Assembly (NCBI GenBank): GCA_000442015.1
Contig: KE560925.1
Location: forward strand, 1 to 35,862
Source of the DNA: Rozella allomycis CSF55
Taxonomy: Eukaryota
Reading direction: 5' to 3'
Length of the DNA: 35,862 nucleotides
The position numbers and the translations under genes are program-made. Below, piece by piece: positions 23,924-35,862 of this stretch. Positions within the stretch are counted from its first letter, which is position 1. Each line of letters starts with the position of its first letter. The notes beneath the pieces are model-generated. The model was not told where the DNA came from. It ran no database searches and was given only the letters and a program-made list of their open reading frames with translations.

Positions 23924-25352
23924 ATGATCAGATTTTCTCCATGGAGTGTGATATTCCCATTATTGTTTTCTGTATCAGTTTATTTCATTTCAAACATTGT
24001 TAATGGTATTGTGCGGGATCCTTACATGGATGAAATCTTTCACATTCCTCAAGCGCAACGATTTTGCAACTTTGATTTCACTCACGACCCAAAGATTACA
24101 ACACCTCCATTAATGTAAAAAACTGTTTCATCAATGATAGATATATATTTTCAATGATTTTGAGAAGTTGCTCCGTCTCGAATCTTAGAAATATCAACGC
24201 ATTGTTTTCAATTGTCAACCTGATCATTACTTTCAAGATAAGCAAACTGCTGCATAACAAGGATGCGCTTGAAACATGGCTAACATCGCTAGCCATAGGA
24301 TTCTTTCCTGTCAGTTTCTTTTTCAATTTCTTATTCTACAATGAAACTTTATCACTTACATGCATCTTACTCATGTATTATATGGCTCTGAAAAGGCACA
24401 GAATAATAAGCGCTACATTTGGTTTCCTTTCAATTGGATTCCGACAAACAAATTTTATTTGGGTGTGCTTTACTGCCGGCGTCGTTGTCATCGATGAGCT
24501 GCGGCTCATATACACCTCCACGAATTCAAAGTCACTTCAAAATTTATTCAATGAAGCTGAATTCAATCCTTTCAGAAAAATTCTCAGTTTAATTGCAAAT
24601 ACTCTGATACATTTTGAAAGATTATTTTGCCATTTATTGCCCTTTATTTTGTGCAGTCTGTGCTTTGTTTTTCTAGCAATATGGAACAATGGTATAGCGC
24701 TGGGCGATAAAAGCAATCACCAGATTTCCATTCATGTTCCAAACGTTTTCTACTTTGCATGCTTTACTTTGTTTTTTTTATCGATGTATGTAGAAACGAA
24801 CTACTTTAGAAAGCCTTTGGCTTTTAAATTCACGAGGTAAAATTTGTACTATATGATTAAAGAGGAACATTTAAACATATTGCTTCCCTGTCAATTACGC
24901 TAATTGCTATACATTACTGTACTATCGAGCATCCATTTCTATTAAGTGATAATAGACATTATTCATTTTATGTTTGGAGATACTTTTATAGAGGTCACTG
25001 GATTTTGAAATACTTGTACGCTCCATTCTACTTGCTGGCATTTAATCTTCTCAAATCATGTATACGTAAATTTGACCAGTTATCAAAATTAGTGCAAAAA
25101 ATACATTCATTGTGGATGATCATTTATTCTCTTGCGGTTTTCTTTTGTTTGGTTACCACACCGTTGCTGGAGTTTCGATACTTTATAATACCATTCATAA
25201 TGCTTAGGCTTCACTCCAATGCTAAAAACAAATTGTATATTGTTAAAGAACTGATTTTGGGACTCGTTGTGAATCTTTTTACGTTCTACATGTTTTTGTA
25301 TCGACCATTTTTCAATCGTAATAACGCAAGCGTCGAGCGATTCATGTGGTAA
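23924..25352 (+). CDS. ALG10: Dol-P-Glc alpha-1,2-glucosyltransferase
   Basis: [55 protein letters not shown] and C-terminal RFMW. Confidence 0.93.
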
Positions 25353-25420
25353 TTCAATAAAAAATATTAACGCATACAGCATACTGAATATTAGCATAGT
25401 GTAAATGACAATTTATTTAC

Positions 25421-26326
25421 TTAAGACTTTTGATCGCTTTTTTCTTCATATTGTATTCTTTCTTCAATGGCTTCCCATACTGAAGGCACACCTCTGACGT
25501 AAACATTATCATCAGTCAATTCTCTTCCGGCTATGTAAGACAATTCGTTTAATCTGTTTAAGCTAATTTTATCTAGAGTTTCTACTTCCTCAGAGTTTAT
25601 TGTTTTGTAAGATCTTCCATTTACTGGAAAGTCATTTTCAATGGGTTCTGCTATGTAGCCTTCTTCAAATGCTCTTTGAGTACCTGCTTCAATTACTTTT
25701 TCGCATTCATTCATCATTGTCTGCAAAGTCTTTGGCAATTGTGCTTGCTCTTCCGTTGTCTTATTTTGTTTCAACAAGTACACTCTTTGGCTTTGACACC
25801 TCCAATACCATGCTTCGGCAACTTTTAAAGCTTTAAGAAAGTTTTTGTCTGAAATAGTATCGTGCTCTTGGCTAAAGAATTTTTCAAACGTGTTCATTTG
25901 ACTTGGCGCCAAACCAAGCTTGCCATATATTGGCTCATGTTTAAAAAGTTCATAGTATGGCGGAAAATCTGTCTTGTCAATGACTCTCAAGTACCAGCTA
26001 TAAATTCCCAAAGACTCCCAAGAAAAGTAAGAGTCTCGAACGTCGGACGGGGTCCAATGACCTGCCGGAACAGCCATTCTGGTGGCCTCTTCGGGTGTTG
26101 CAAAATTAAATAGATTAAACTTTTTGTAACATTTGTCGATAACAGGTTTCCCTTTTTTCACCTTTTCCATTATGTCCAATTTGGTATCTCTTGAAAGAGA
26201 AACATTCTGCAATATGGACTCCATGCCCCATCGTGATTGATGCAAAAAGAGAAATGCAGTTCTACTCTTAATTTGATCAATAGGTCGCATCGGCATGATG
26301 AAAATTCGTAATTTTTTTGGCTTCAC
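25421..26326 (-). CDS. Hypothetical protein, possibly DUF4272-like
   Basis: 301 aa open frame; WESLGIYSWYL...AWYWR...RLNELSYIAG pattern recalled as DUF4272-like but not verified. Start uncertain. Confidence 0.6.
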   Translation of the reverse strand: MKPKKLRIFIMPMRPIDQIKSRTAFLFLHQSRWGMESILQNVSLSRDTKLDIMEKVKKGKPVIDKCYKKFNLFNFATPEEATRMAVPAGHWTPSDVRDSYFSWESLGIYSWYLRVIDKTDFPPYYELFKHEPIYGKLGLAPSQMNTFEKFFSQEHDTISDKNFLKALKVAEAWYWRCQSQRVYLLKQNKTTEEQAQLPKTLQTMMNECEKVIEAGTQRAFEEGYIAEPIENDFPVNGRSYKTINSEEVETLDKISLNRLNELSYIAGRELTDDNVYVRGVPSVWEAIEERIQYEEKSDQKS

Positions 26327-26390
26327 AGAGTCTTGACGATTTTATTTATTGCCTGCCATCTTGGTTACCGGTGAATTTTCTATAAGAAAA

Positions 26391-28105
26391 ATGACGATCG
26401 TTAATGGGTCTTCAAATACCTCGAGAATAGTTCAAGGCGTATTTGATAAATATCAAAAAGAACGGTTGTCATTCGTTCAAACAGTCGCCGACTTGGCATC
26501 AAGAGAGACAAATATTCCCGCTCTTCAGCAGGCAGGTGTAATGAATTTGCTAAGACCACTTTTATTGGACACTGTTCCCGGCATTCAACAGTCGGCCGCT
26601 GTGGCACTTGGACGTTTAGCAAATTACAATGAGGAATTGGCTACAGCTGTAGTTGACGGTAGTATTCTCCCCCAATTGGTCTATTCATTATCTGAACAAA
26701 ATGTAATAATTATAACTATCTGTAAAGGTAGAGGTTTTATAAGAAAGCCGCGGCATTTGTGTTACGCGCGGTTGCAAAACATTCTGCTCATCTTGCAAAG
26801 TCTGTTGTTGATTCTGGGGCAGTGGAAGCTTTGGTTAACTGTTTAGAGGAATTTGATCCGACAGTGAAGGAAGCTGCTGCCTGGGGTTTAGGATATATTG
26901 CAAGACATAACGGAGAACTCTCACAGTCGATTATAACAGCTGGGGCGATACCACTATTAGTTTTATGTGTTCAAGAGCCGGAGCTATCTTTGAAAAGAAT
27001 AGCTGCTTCATCCTTGAGTGACATTGCGAAACATTCGACAGAGCATGCTCAAGCCGTTGCAGACTCAGGAGCGATCAATCACATTGCACCACTTTTAGCG
27101 CACCCGGATGCAAAACTTAAACGTCAAGTGACATCAGCTTTGGCCCAAATCGCGAAGCATAGTGTTGATTTGGCTGAAGCGGTAGTCGAAGGAGAAATAT
27201 TTCCTCAAATTGTTAATTGCTTGAAGGATTACGATGTTTATGTAAGAAAGAATAGTGCTACACTTATATGCGAGTTGGCCAAACACTCTGCTGAAGTAAT
27301 ATAATGTTTTTAACTACAGTAGCTCTCACAGCTTGTTGTTAACAGTGGTAGCGTTGCTGCTATGGTAGATTATGTTCAAGAATCTAGCGGAAATGCCAGA
27401 TTGCCAGGAATTATGACGCTAGGGTACATCGCTGCCTTTTCTGAAACTCTTGCGTTAAGTGTAATTGTAGCTAAAGGAGTTGCTCCACTTGTGTCAATTT
27501 TGCATGAAGAGAATGAAACTCACATCAAATCAGCTACTACCTGGTCATTAGGACAGATAGGAAGACATACGTCTGAACACGCCAAATCTGTGGTAGAACA
27601 AGGTGCTCTTCTTGCACTCTTAAAGACTTACACTGGAATTAATAATGATGATGACATGTCTTCTGACTTGAAAACTAAAGTAATTAATTCTCTTTTAAAT
27701 TAATAGACTAAACGCGCTCTTAAATCTATTATCGAGAAGACTCTTGTTTTACCTGCACTTGAGCCTCTTTTACATCATGAAACACCTTCGAACATTCTAA
27801 AATACGTATTAAATCAATATTCCAAAGTATTACCCCATGATGTCAAAGCAAGAAGAAACTTTGTCACATCTGGAGGTCTCAAGAGAGTGCAAGAAATCCA
27901 GGCCGAGGAAGGAAGCAAGTTGGCTGAATCAATTAGAAGAATAAATGAAGTATATCCTGAAGAAATAGTCAGATATTATTCACCAGGATATTCCACCGCC
28001 CTATTAGAAAAATTGGAAGAACAACTGAAGCCAGAAGTGAAAATTGACCAAAAGGAATCTCAAAACTCTACCAATATTCTTGTCCCAACGTCCATACCAG
28101 TTTAA
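26391..28105 (+). CDS. SPAG6: Axonemal central-pair armadillo protein PF16/SPAG6
   Basis: VFDKYQKERLSFVQTVADLA, LLRPLLLD, ALGRLAN, CLEEFDPTVKEAAAW and YPEEIVRYYSPGYS; three short introns. Confidence 0.95.
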
Positions 28106-28257
28106 TAAAATCATTTCAATACAATTTATTTATTCCTTAAGTAATTTCATCGAATGTTTGCTTGTTGTGTCCTTTTTTAACTGCTACATTAAAATTACTT
28201 CTCTTTACTATTACCTTCATCATCTCCCTCGACCATGTCTAATACCTAAACAACATA

Positions 28258-28575
28258 TTAAAATATTTTTACCACAATCATTGACCCGTTCGCGTTTGTC
28301 AAGGCGGAAACTCTAAATACACTTCCATTAATTGACGCAGTTTTGTTGGTAAGAAATGCATTGCTTAAAGTCCTTAGAAATGAGGAATTTTTAGCACATG
28401 ATCGTAATGTGAAGGAGAATCTGTTCGTTGGAACAAAGGAGCGAAAGCCTGTATTTAGCCTTACATTTGGTAGAGTATTTGCGGAATAGAATCTGCATCC
28501 TTTCGGCAATGTGTTAAATAGCCGTGCGTACGTCCTCATATACCAGGGTTGATAGATTACTACCAAATTGGTCAA
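28258..28575 (-). CDS. Small hypothetical protein with mitochondrial presequence-like composition
   Basis: R/S/F-rich, acid-free 105 aa ORF filling the gap between two genes; possible short last exon after an intron near 28246-28273. Confidence 0.35.
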   Translation of the reverse strand: MTNLVVIYQPWYMRTYARLFNTLPKGCRFYSANTLPNVRLNTGFRSFVPTNRFSFTLRSCAKNSSFLRTLSNAFLTNKTASINGSVFRVSALTNANGSMIVVKIF

Positions 28576-28652
28576 TTGATGTTGGTGGAAAATCTAACAA
28601 GTTGCAATTCTAAATATTGAAATAAAATTATTCGAATTTCAATTTGTAATGC

Positions 28653-31330
28653 ATGTCTTTTAATATGGCAGGAACAAATAAAACCAAATGCGAAATTTGG
28701 AATATGTCAAGCCTAAAGGTTTTGTTCATCAAGGGTGTCCAAGCATTTATTTACGATTTAGATTCGAAAGATCTTTCTTTACTGGAAAAGATAGGAGTTA
28801 TTCTGCCCCTTCTTTCTGTTGGGTCCAATTCTACAATAACTTTCCTTCCAGATGGTGTTAGTATTTACGGAAGAGAAAAATACCGTGTTTCAAATACAAA
28901 ATGGTCTGAGATTCAGGCAAAACTTTTATCTTATCTATATTATCATGTCAAGGTAGAAATTCAAGAAAAGAAGAGAAAAAGTACCCAGGATGATAACGGC
29001 CTCAATTTTGAAAAGCATCAGGCAACCATTCTATCAATTATCTCTTCTTCTTCTGATTTTGAGTATAAAGAAAATTTTCTAAAGTTTTTATACCGCTGGA
29101 TGAGTATTTTCACACATGAGAAAATGCAACTTTCCTGGTTGATAGATCCTTTGATCCAATGTTTTAGTGTTCAGAATATCGAATTGAAGAGACTATCTAT
29201 ATCAATACTCTCTTTAAACTGTTTTTCAAAGATGTTTGATGTGAATCAAATGATGTCAATTTCTAGATTACTAGGAACGATACAAATACATGAAGATACA
29301 GAACATTTAAGAATAAAGACTTATAATTTATTAAAGGTATTCATAGAAGCAGACGAAAATTTCAGAAAGCTGATCCCAGTTGCCGATTTCGCTCCGGTGC
29401 TTTTGGAATGTTTAGCAGTCAAAGTAAAACTCGATGATTTATGTAATATTAGAATGAAAATGCCCTGTTTATATGTAAAGGTATTATGTATAACCTTGGC
29501 GCCAATTCTTCGCGGTCTTCACATCTGAATAATGCATTGGTGAAGTTAATACAATTATCAAAAAATGCTAAGGTAGATAAGTATTCACTTATGGCTGCGA
29601 AATGTTTATTAAAAGCCAAGAAGAGAAAACTTTTAAACAGTAGACTGCTTGCGATTCTCTTTAGTGGATTTGTCCATGTAGCATCATCAATTTGGATTCC
29701 AAATTTTAAGATTAAAAAAGTTGACAATCCTTTGAACTGTTTGGTCAGTTGGTGTAGAATCAACTTGGATTTATTTGATGGGATAGAATTTCCGAAATTT
29801 GAAGAATTGGATTTGATTCGTTACGCTTGTTTGATATTCTATTTTTGCTGTTTAAAATGCTTTATAAAAAGCGAAATTCTTTCATCACAGTTTGAAGTAA
29901 TTGTTTCTCTTTGTAAAGACTTGAAAATTGTTTTATATCGATTGACATATTTGCAATCTTTTCTCGAGGCAATAACAATTGAACTGTTAAAGAATCAATC
30001 AATGCTTGGATTCAAAATCTTAAATTTTATCGTAAAGAATGAAAAGGTTGCGAAAAGACTTTTAGAGAATTTGGATTTTCTTCTTTTAATTGATGAATAT
30101 TTGATTCAAAGGTTGAAATTAATAAATTCTATTTGTGGATTCCAGAAGTTCAGACCCAGAAAGGAAGTAGAAGGCATTTTAAAGTTTGTTACTGAAGTTT
30201 TGGTAACATCAACTGAGATTAACATTAAAAGTGAATGTTGCAAAATTTTTAACATTTTTTCACATGTAGAAAGTATTTTTTGCAAGTATTTAATGTCATT
30301 GAATACACAATTGAAATCCACTGTTCTAAATTTGCTTCAAGTGGAATTTGACCATTCAAATATTTATGATTCATTTTTAATTTTGTTTTGTTGGTTTTGC
30401 TCTTGCGATGATTTTCTTGCTGATGTCCTAGCGGAGAGAAAATTTCGCTGTTTGGCCAAAGGATTGGTCATGTCAAACCACACTAGCGTCTTTCACATTG
30501 CAAACTTGAAGATAAAGAATATCTTTACTAGAAATAAAAGACAACTCTTGATGTATGATGGTTATCTGCAACTGATTGAAACCGTCATACAAGCTTGGTC
30601 ATTTCTTGAAATAAAGAAATTCTTAAGTCCGTTCGAACCAAATTTGGAAGATAAAGTTTGGATTTCAGGTAATCCATTTTATCACGAAGCTCTTTGGTCA
30701 ATTTTAAAAAATCAAGACATTTTAATTCTTCATTTACTTGTAGATTCATGCGAGCAAGCCATTTTACTTCAGAATCTGTATTTCAAGAGAGAAAATCCTT
30801 ATCACATATCTCATTACATAACTCAAAGCACTCATCTAGACATAGCCTCGTCCACTGACAATGATACCAACATATACATCCAAAACAATGCGATTCCAAT
30901 TCCCTCTTCCTTGCTAAAAGAAATTTCTCCATTCTTCAAAACTTTATTTGACGGAAAATTTGATTCTAAAATTAAATTTCAACTCTTCGATGTCGATACA
31001 AATGGTTTCCTTTTGTTTTTAGAGTTTCTTAAGAACCCTCAAGTAGTTGACTCTAAAGATTTCTTGAAAGTACTTGAAGTGTGCGATAGATTTTTGATCA
31101 ATTCATTTGATTCTGAAATATTGACCACCCTTATCTTGGATGCCGCCGAGCAAAGTACCACATTAGATATTTTCGAAATCTATCAATTTGCATCTCAAAG
31201 AGAGAATTTTGCTTGGGCGATTCCTTACTTTTTATACATTATATATGGGAAATGGTTTCAGTATGCAGATCGCGCTACTTCTTTAGGAATCAATTTTGCA
31301 CCATTCACATTTTCAAATAAATACAATTAA
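28653..31330 (+). CDS. Large helical (ARM-like) protein with C-terminal BTB/POZ domain
   Basis: Two ORFs joinable by an intron near 29424-29452; LLKEISPFFKTLFDGKF...DVDTNGFLLFLEFL...VLEVCDRFLI fits BTB. Confidence 0.7.
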
Positions 31331-32092
31331 AGTTGTAGATTTTTAAATTCTTTCTGGATGAGATGGAATGTAATGTCTTAAAATTAAATAAACAAAGTTG
31401 TAAATTTTGTACAATTTTCACCCATAAGGTTTACTGTCATTCATTTTCGCAATTTATTTAATTTCTTAATCTGCCTTCAGTGGGTTGACCACTTTTCTGA
31501 TTTCATCAATGGTAGATTTGAGAGAGTCTCAACTGATGCTGATGTGTTCAAATTTAAGAAAACCATTAGTAAATCCGATAAAAGATAAAAGTTAACCAGG
31601 GTTTTATTCATCTAATTATGCTTAAATAGCACAGTGAAGATATTTTTCTCATAATTCCCTTCAATAAAGACATGATCTTCTTCATCATTAATTTTACATT
31701 TAACGATGATATCTGTGAGCTCTGCAACAGTAGAAACATTTTAATTTTTTGCTTTCAATTTGCCAGCACTTTAGGGTCTGTCTAAGCCCCAAATAATCTC
31801 AAAATTGTCGTGTTTCCATAGAATGAAATCGTGGAGAACATTTTTCGATTAATAAGAACAGGCCGTTTTTTCATGGCTAGTAAAAGGAACAACTTTGGAG
31901 CTTTAACGAGGATATGAGCAAACATCTGACGTCGCTTCCGCTTGACCTTGTTTCGCTCAGACTCTCACTCTCCGGCCCACATAATTTCAGTCATAGTCGT
32001 AGGTTGGCTCACGAAATCATTGGCTTGCATATAGTGGTCATGTCAAAATTACATTAATAAGATACACAATACTATATTTATTAGTAATGATA

Positions 32093-32545
32093 TCATAAAA
32101 CAGCAATATTTTTCCTTTTATCTTGAATTTCGGCTTTTGCAACTTGCAGAGTGAGAACCCCATTTTCAAGTTTAGCTTCGGTCTTGTTAGCATCAACTGG
32201 CTGAGGTAGTCTGATAGATCTCTTCATCTTTCCATAAAATCTTTCACTGAGATGAACAGTGCCCTTATTTTCCTCTCGTTGATCTTTTCTTTCAGTTTCA
32301 ACAGTCAAGATATTGTCTTCGAGATGGACCGAAACGGCATCCTTTGAGATTCCCGGTAAATCAGCATGAATAACATATGTTTTGTCAGTTTCCTGTACAT
32401 CCAAGGCTAGCTGTGGTAAGGCCCTTGAGGTATTGGCTTTCCTTGAAACTTGTCTTTGGTTGTTATTTGTAGGTTCGTCAAAAAAATCTTGCAGCCTTTG
32501 TTCAATGTAGCGGTCAAAGTTATCAATTGGTGTAAATCCAAACAT
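32093..32545 (-). CDS. Small heat-shock protein (HSP20/alpha-crystallin domain), intronless
   Basis: LDVQETDKTYVIHADLPG, ERFYGKMKRSIRLP and AKLENGVLTLQVAK. Confidence 0.95.
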   Translation of the reverse strand: MFGFTPIDNFDRYIEQRLQDFFDEPTNNNQRQVSRKANTSRALPQLALDVQETDKTYVIHADLPGISKDAVSVHLEDNILTVETERKDQREENKGTVHLSERFYGKMKRSIRLPQPVDANKTEAKLENGVLTLQVAKAEIQDKRKNIAVL

Positions 32546-32570
32546 GATGGGGACGTTAAGTCGGTTGCCA

Positions 32571-32607
32571 TATTTATAGATTTGACCCCGGCGTTCTCGA
32601 AAATTCC
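32571..32607 (-). promoter_or_regulatory. HSP20 promoter: TATA box plus heat-shock element
   Basis: TATAAATA on the minus strand at 32571-32578; TTC-tc-GAA-aa-TTC at 32594-32606 is a perfect three-unit HSE. Confidence 0.75.
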
Positions 32608-32849
32608 AGCACTATCTTATCTACCAATCTGAGAAGGCGTGAGCTTGATGAGTCAATGTCAGCTTTGATTTTTCTTGTTGAAAATTATTAGAGTTAATGA
32701 CTTTCATTTTCAATTTCAATGTTAAAAATGTATAGAGATTAGAAAGTGTGTAATCCATTACCAATTGTAGATCTGCCATATCAAAATGATATATTTAATA
32801 AATTATTTTGGAAAATGATATAAACTCAACATCACAACATGCCAATGAA

Positions 32850-32927
32850 CATTTCTCAAGTCCGGGACGTAAACTCCATGTCCGATATTACCAACCACAT
32901 CATTTGATATTACCAACCACATCATTT
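32850..32927. repeat. Diverged copy of window positions 1-44, overlapping a 22 bp tandem duplication
   Basis: 32850-32893 matches 1-44 at 37/44 positions; GATATTACCAACCACATCATTT occurs twice (32884-32927). Confidence 0.8.
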
Positions 32928-34119
32928 TATTTTAATACCATGATAATATTATAATGGTAAATGGTAGTCTCCATAACATTGCAACGATTTCTTTTTATTT
33001 CTACAAATCCATTATGTTTTATTCCTTCTCTCGTTTCTCGACGAATACTCTTTTATCTTGCCTGTTTTCTGCACAGTATGATTTGATAATAGATATTATC
33101 AATGCCACTTAATGACGTCGAATGCGAGATATAAGTAATATACATTTCAAATAAGACATGTGTGTGAAAATCCAGATCTCGATGAACTTTTGACTGCGCT
33201 TGAGCCTTACCTTGATTTTATGAAACAGAAGAATAGATTAATATCCAACGACAAGGCAGACTTTGCCTTCCACAAAAGAAGAAACGCTAGACAAATATGT
33301 ACTAGATAATTTAGAAATGATACCGCTTAGCATGTATTTGGAAGTAAAATATTTGTAATGCATGTATTAAAATATCATACGACCATAGACAATACAATCT
33401 TGGACTTTATGGAAATCACACAGGCGGCTGTTGTTTAGACACTATAAGAATACATTAAAATCACTAGTGGGACCTGAAGGAAATCCCTTATGGCAAAATT
33501 TGATGGGACAAAAAGCGTGCAGAGTAATATTTCAATGCTTTACTGAAGAGCAGCTGGTGAATTAAGAGGCGCGTGTCGATTGCACGGCCTAGGTTTGTTA
33601 ATGTCGTCCATAAAATGGATATATATCATGACAAACGCGACTACAAACAGACGTGATAGGCGCTTAAGTCGTTAAATCAAATAAGCGACATGTGGTGCTT
33701 TATTGATTTACTTCATGTACCCATACACTTAAACTTTCAAAGTCCAACTTGAAACGTATTACTCAACGTTGCTGTGGTTGATTTCGCATGATCGCGCAGA
33801 ATTGCGCCAAGTTCTAAGACTGCCCACTCTTTGATAACAAAACTGCTTAATGAAGCAAGGAAATAACTGATAATGACCATCTACCCGGGGTCAGGGGTGT
33901 GTTACACCTTTGAGAAAAAGCCGGGATCTCTTTTGTCACTAAACTCGCAGAGTCTTGGGTCAAAAATTGGGCAAGTCAAAACAAGAAATAATCTTTATCT
34001 TAATAATGTGATTATCACTCCAATTCTCCCCATTAATTTTAAAGTAGAATATTAATGAAATCGTTTGATTTCTTGCTCTTTCAGTCGTACAATGTCCGGT
34101 TGTGGCTAGGTTTGTCAAG

Positions 34120-35553
<1,434 letters not shown>

Positions 35554-35707
35554 NCAACATTCCACTTCATACAGTTATTCAATTAACCCCTAAAGCATAT
35601 GGATGTGAAGAAGTTCGTTATAAATTGTAAGTGAAATTACTAAATTTAAGCAAGAAATATTGACGCGGTGGATACTTATCGACCAAAACCTNATTTAAGA
35701 TGTTTAA

Positions 35708-35860
<153 letters not shown>

Positions 35861-35862
35861 AT

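Noticed and set aside
28258..28575. Mitochondrial ribosomal protein bL34
   Set aside because: Lacks the YQP...KRKR.HGF core at the C-terminus.
33100..34055. Genes between HSP20 and PFK2
   Set aside because: Only short stop-interrupted frames without motifs; possibly decayed DNA, but cannot be supported.

Overview
Gene-dense, AT-rich eukaryotic nuclear DNA with very short (~26-33 nt) spliceosomal introns and nine single-N assembly joins. Fungal-type housekeeping genes occur alongside motile-flagellum genes (SPAG6/PF16, a ropporin/RSP11-like RIIa protein) and a Crinkler effector. This suggests a zoosporic early-diverging fungus or relative such as Rozella (inference only). Recognisable genes: MRM1-type SpoU methyltransferase, Raptor/KOG1, F-box/WD40, rhodanese, Crinkler NTPase-REase, two 7TM-RGS paralogues, eIF3j, mitochondrial RF1, DTD1, eEF2, ALG10, SPAG6, an ARM-like/BTB protein, HSP20 and PFK2/FBPase2. 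Three non-routine signals stand out. (1) The Crinkler gene, with an unannotated SAM-like header exon, lies between a Helitron-like 5' end (7932) and a complete ~470 bp non-autonomous Helitron-like element (10778-11245), so it may be a transposon-borne effector cassette. (2) A CCA-ending tRNA-Phe 3' half sits against an LTR-like TGTAAC terminus, reading as a ~40 nt primer-binding site that stops at tRNA position 37. (3) A local group of receptor-like multi-TM genes. All calls are by eye; no searches were run.
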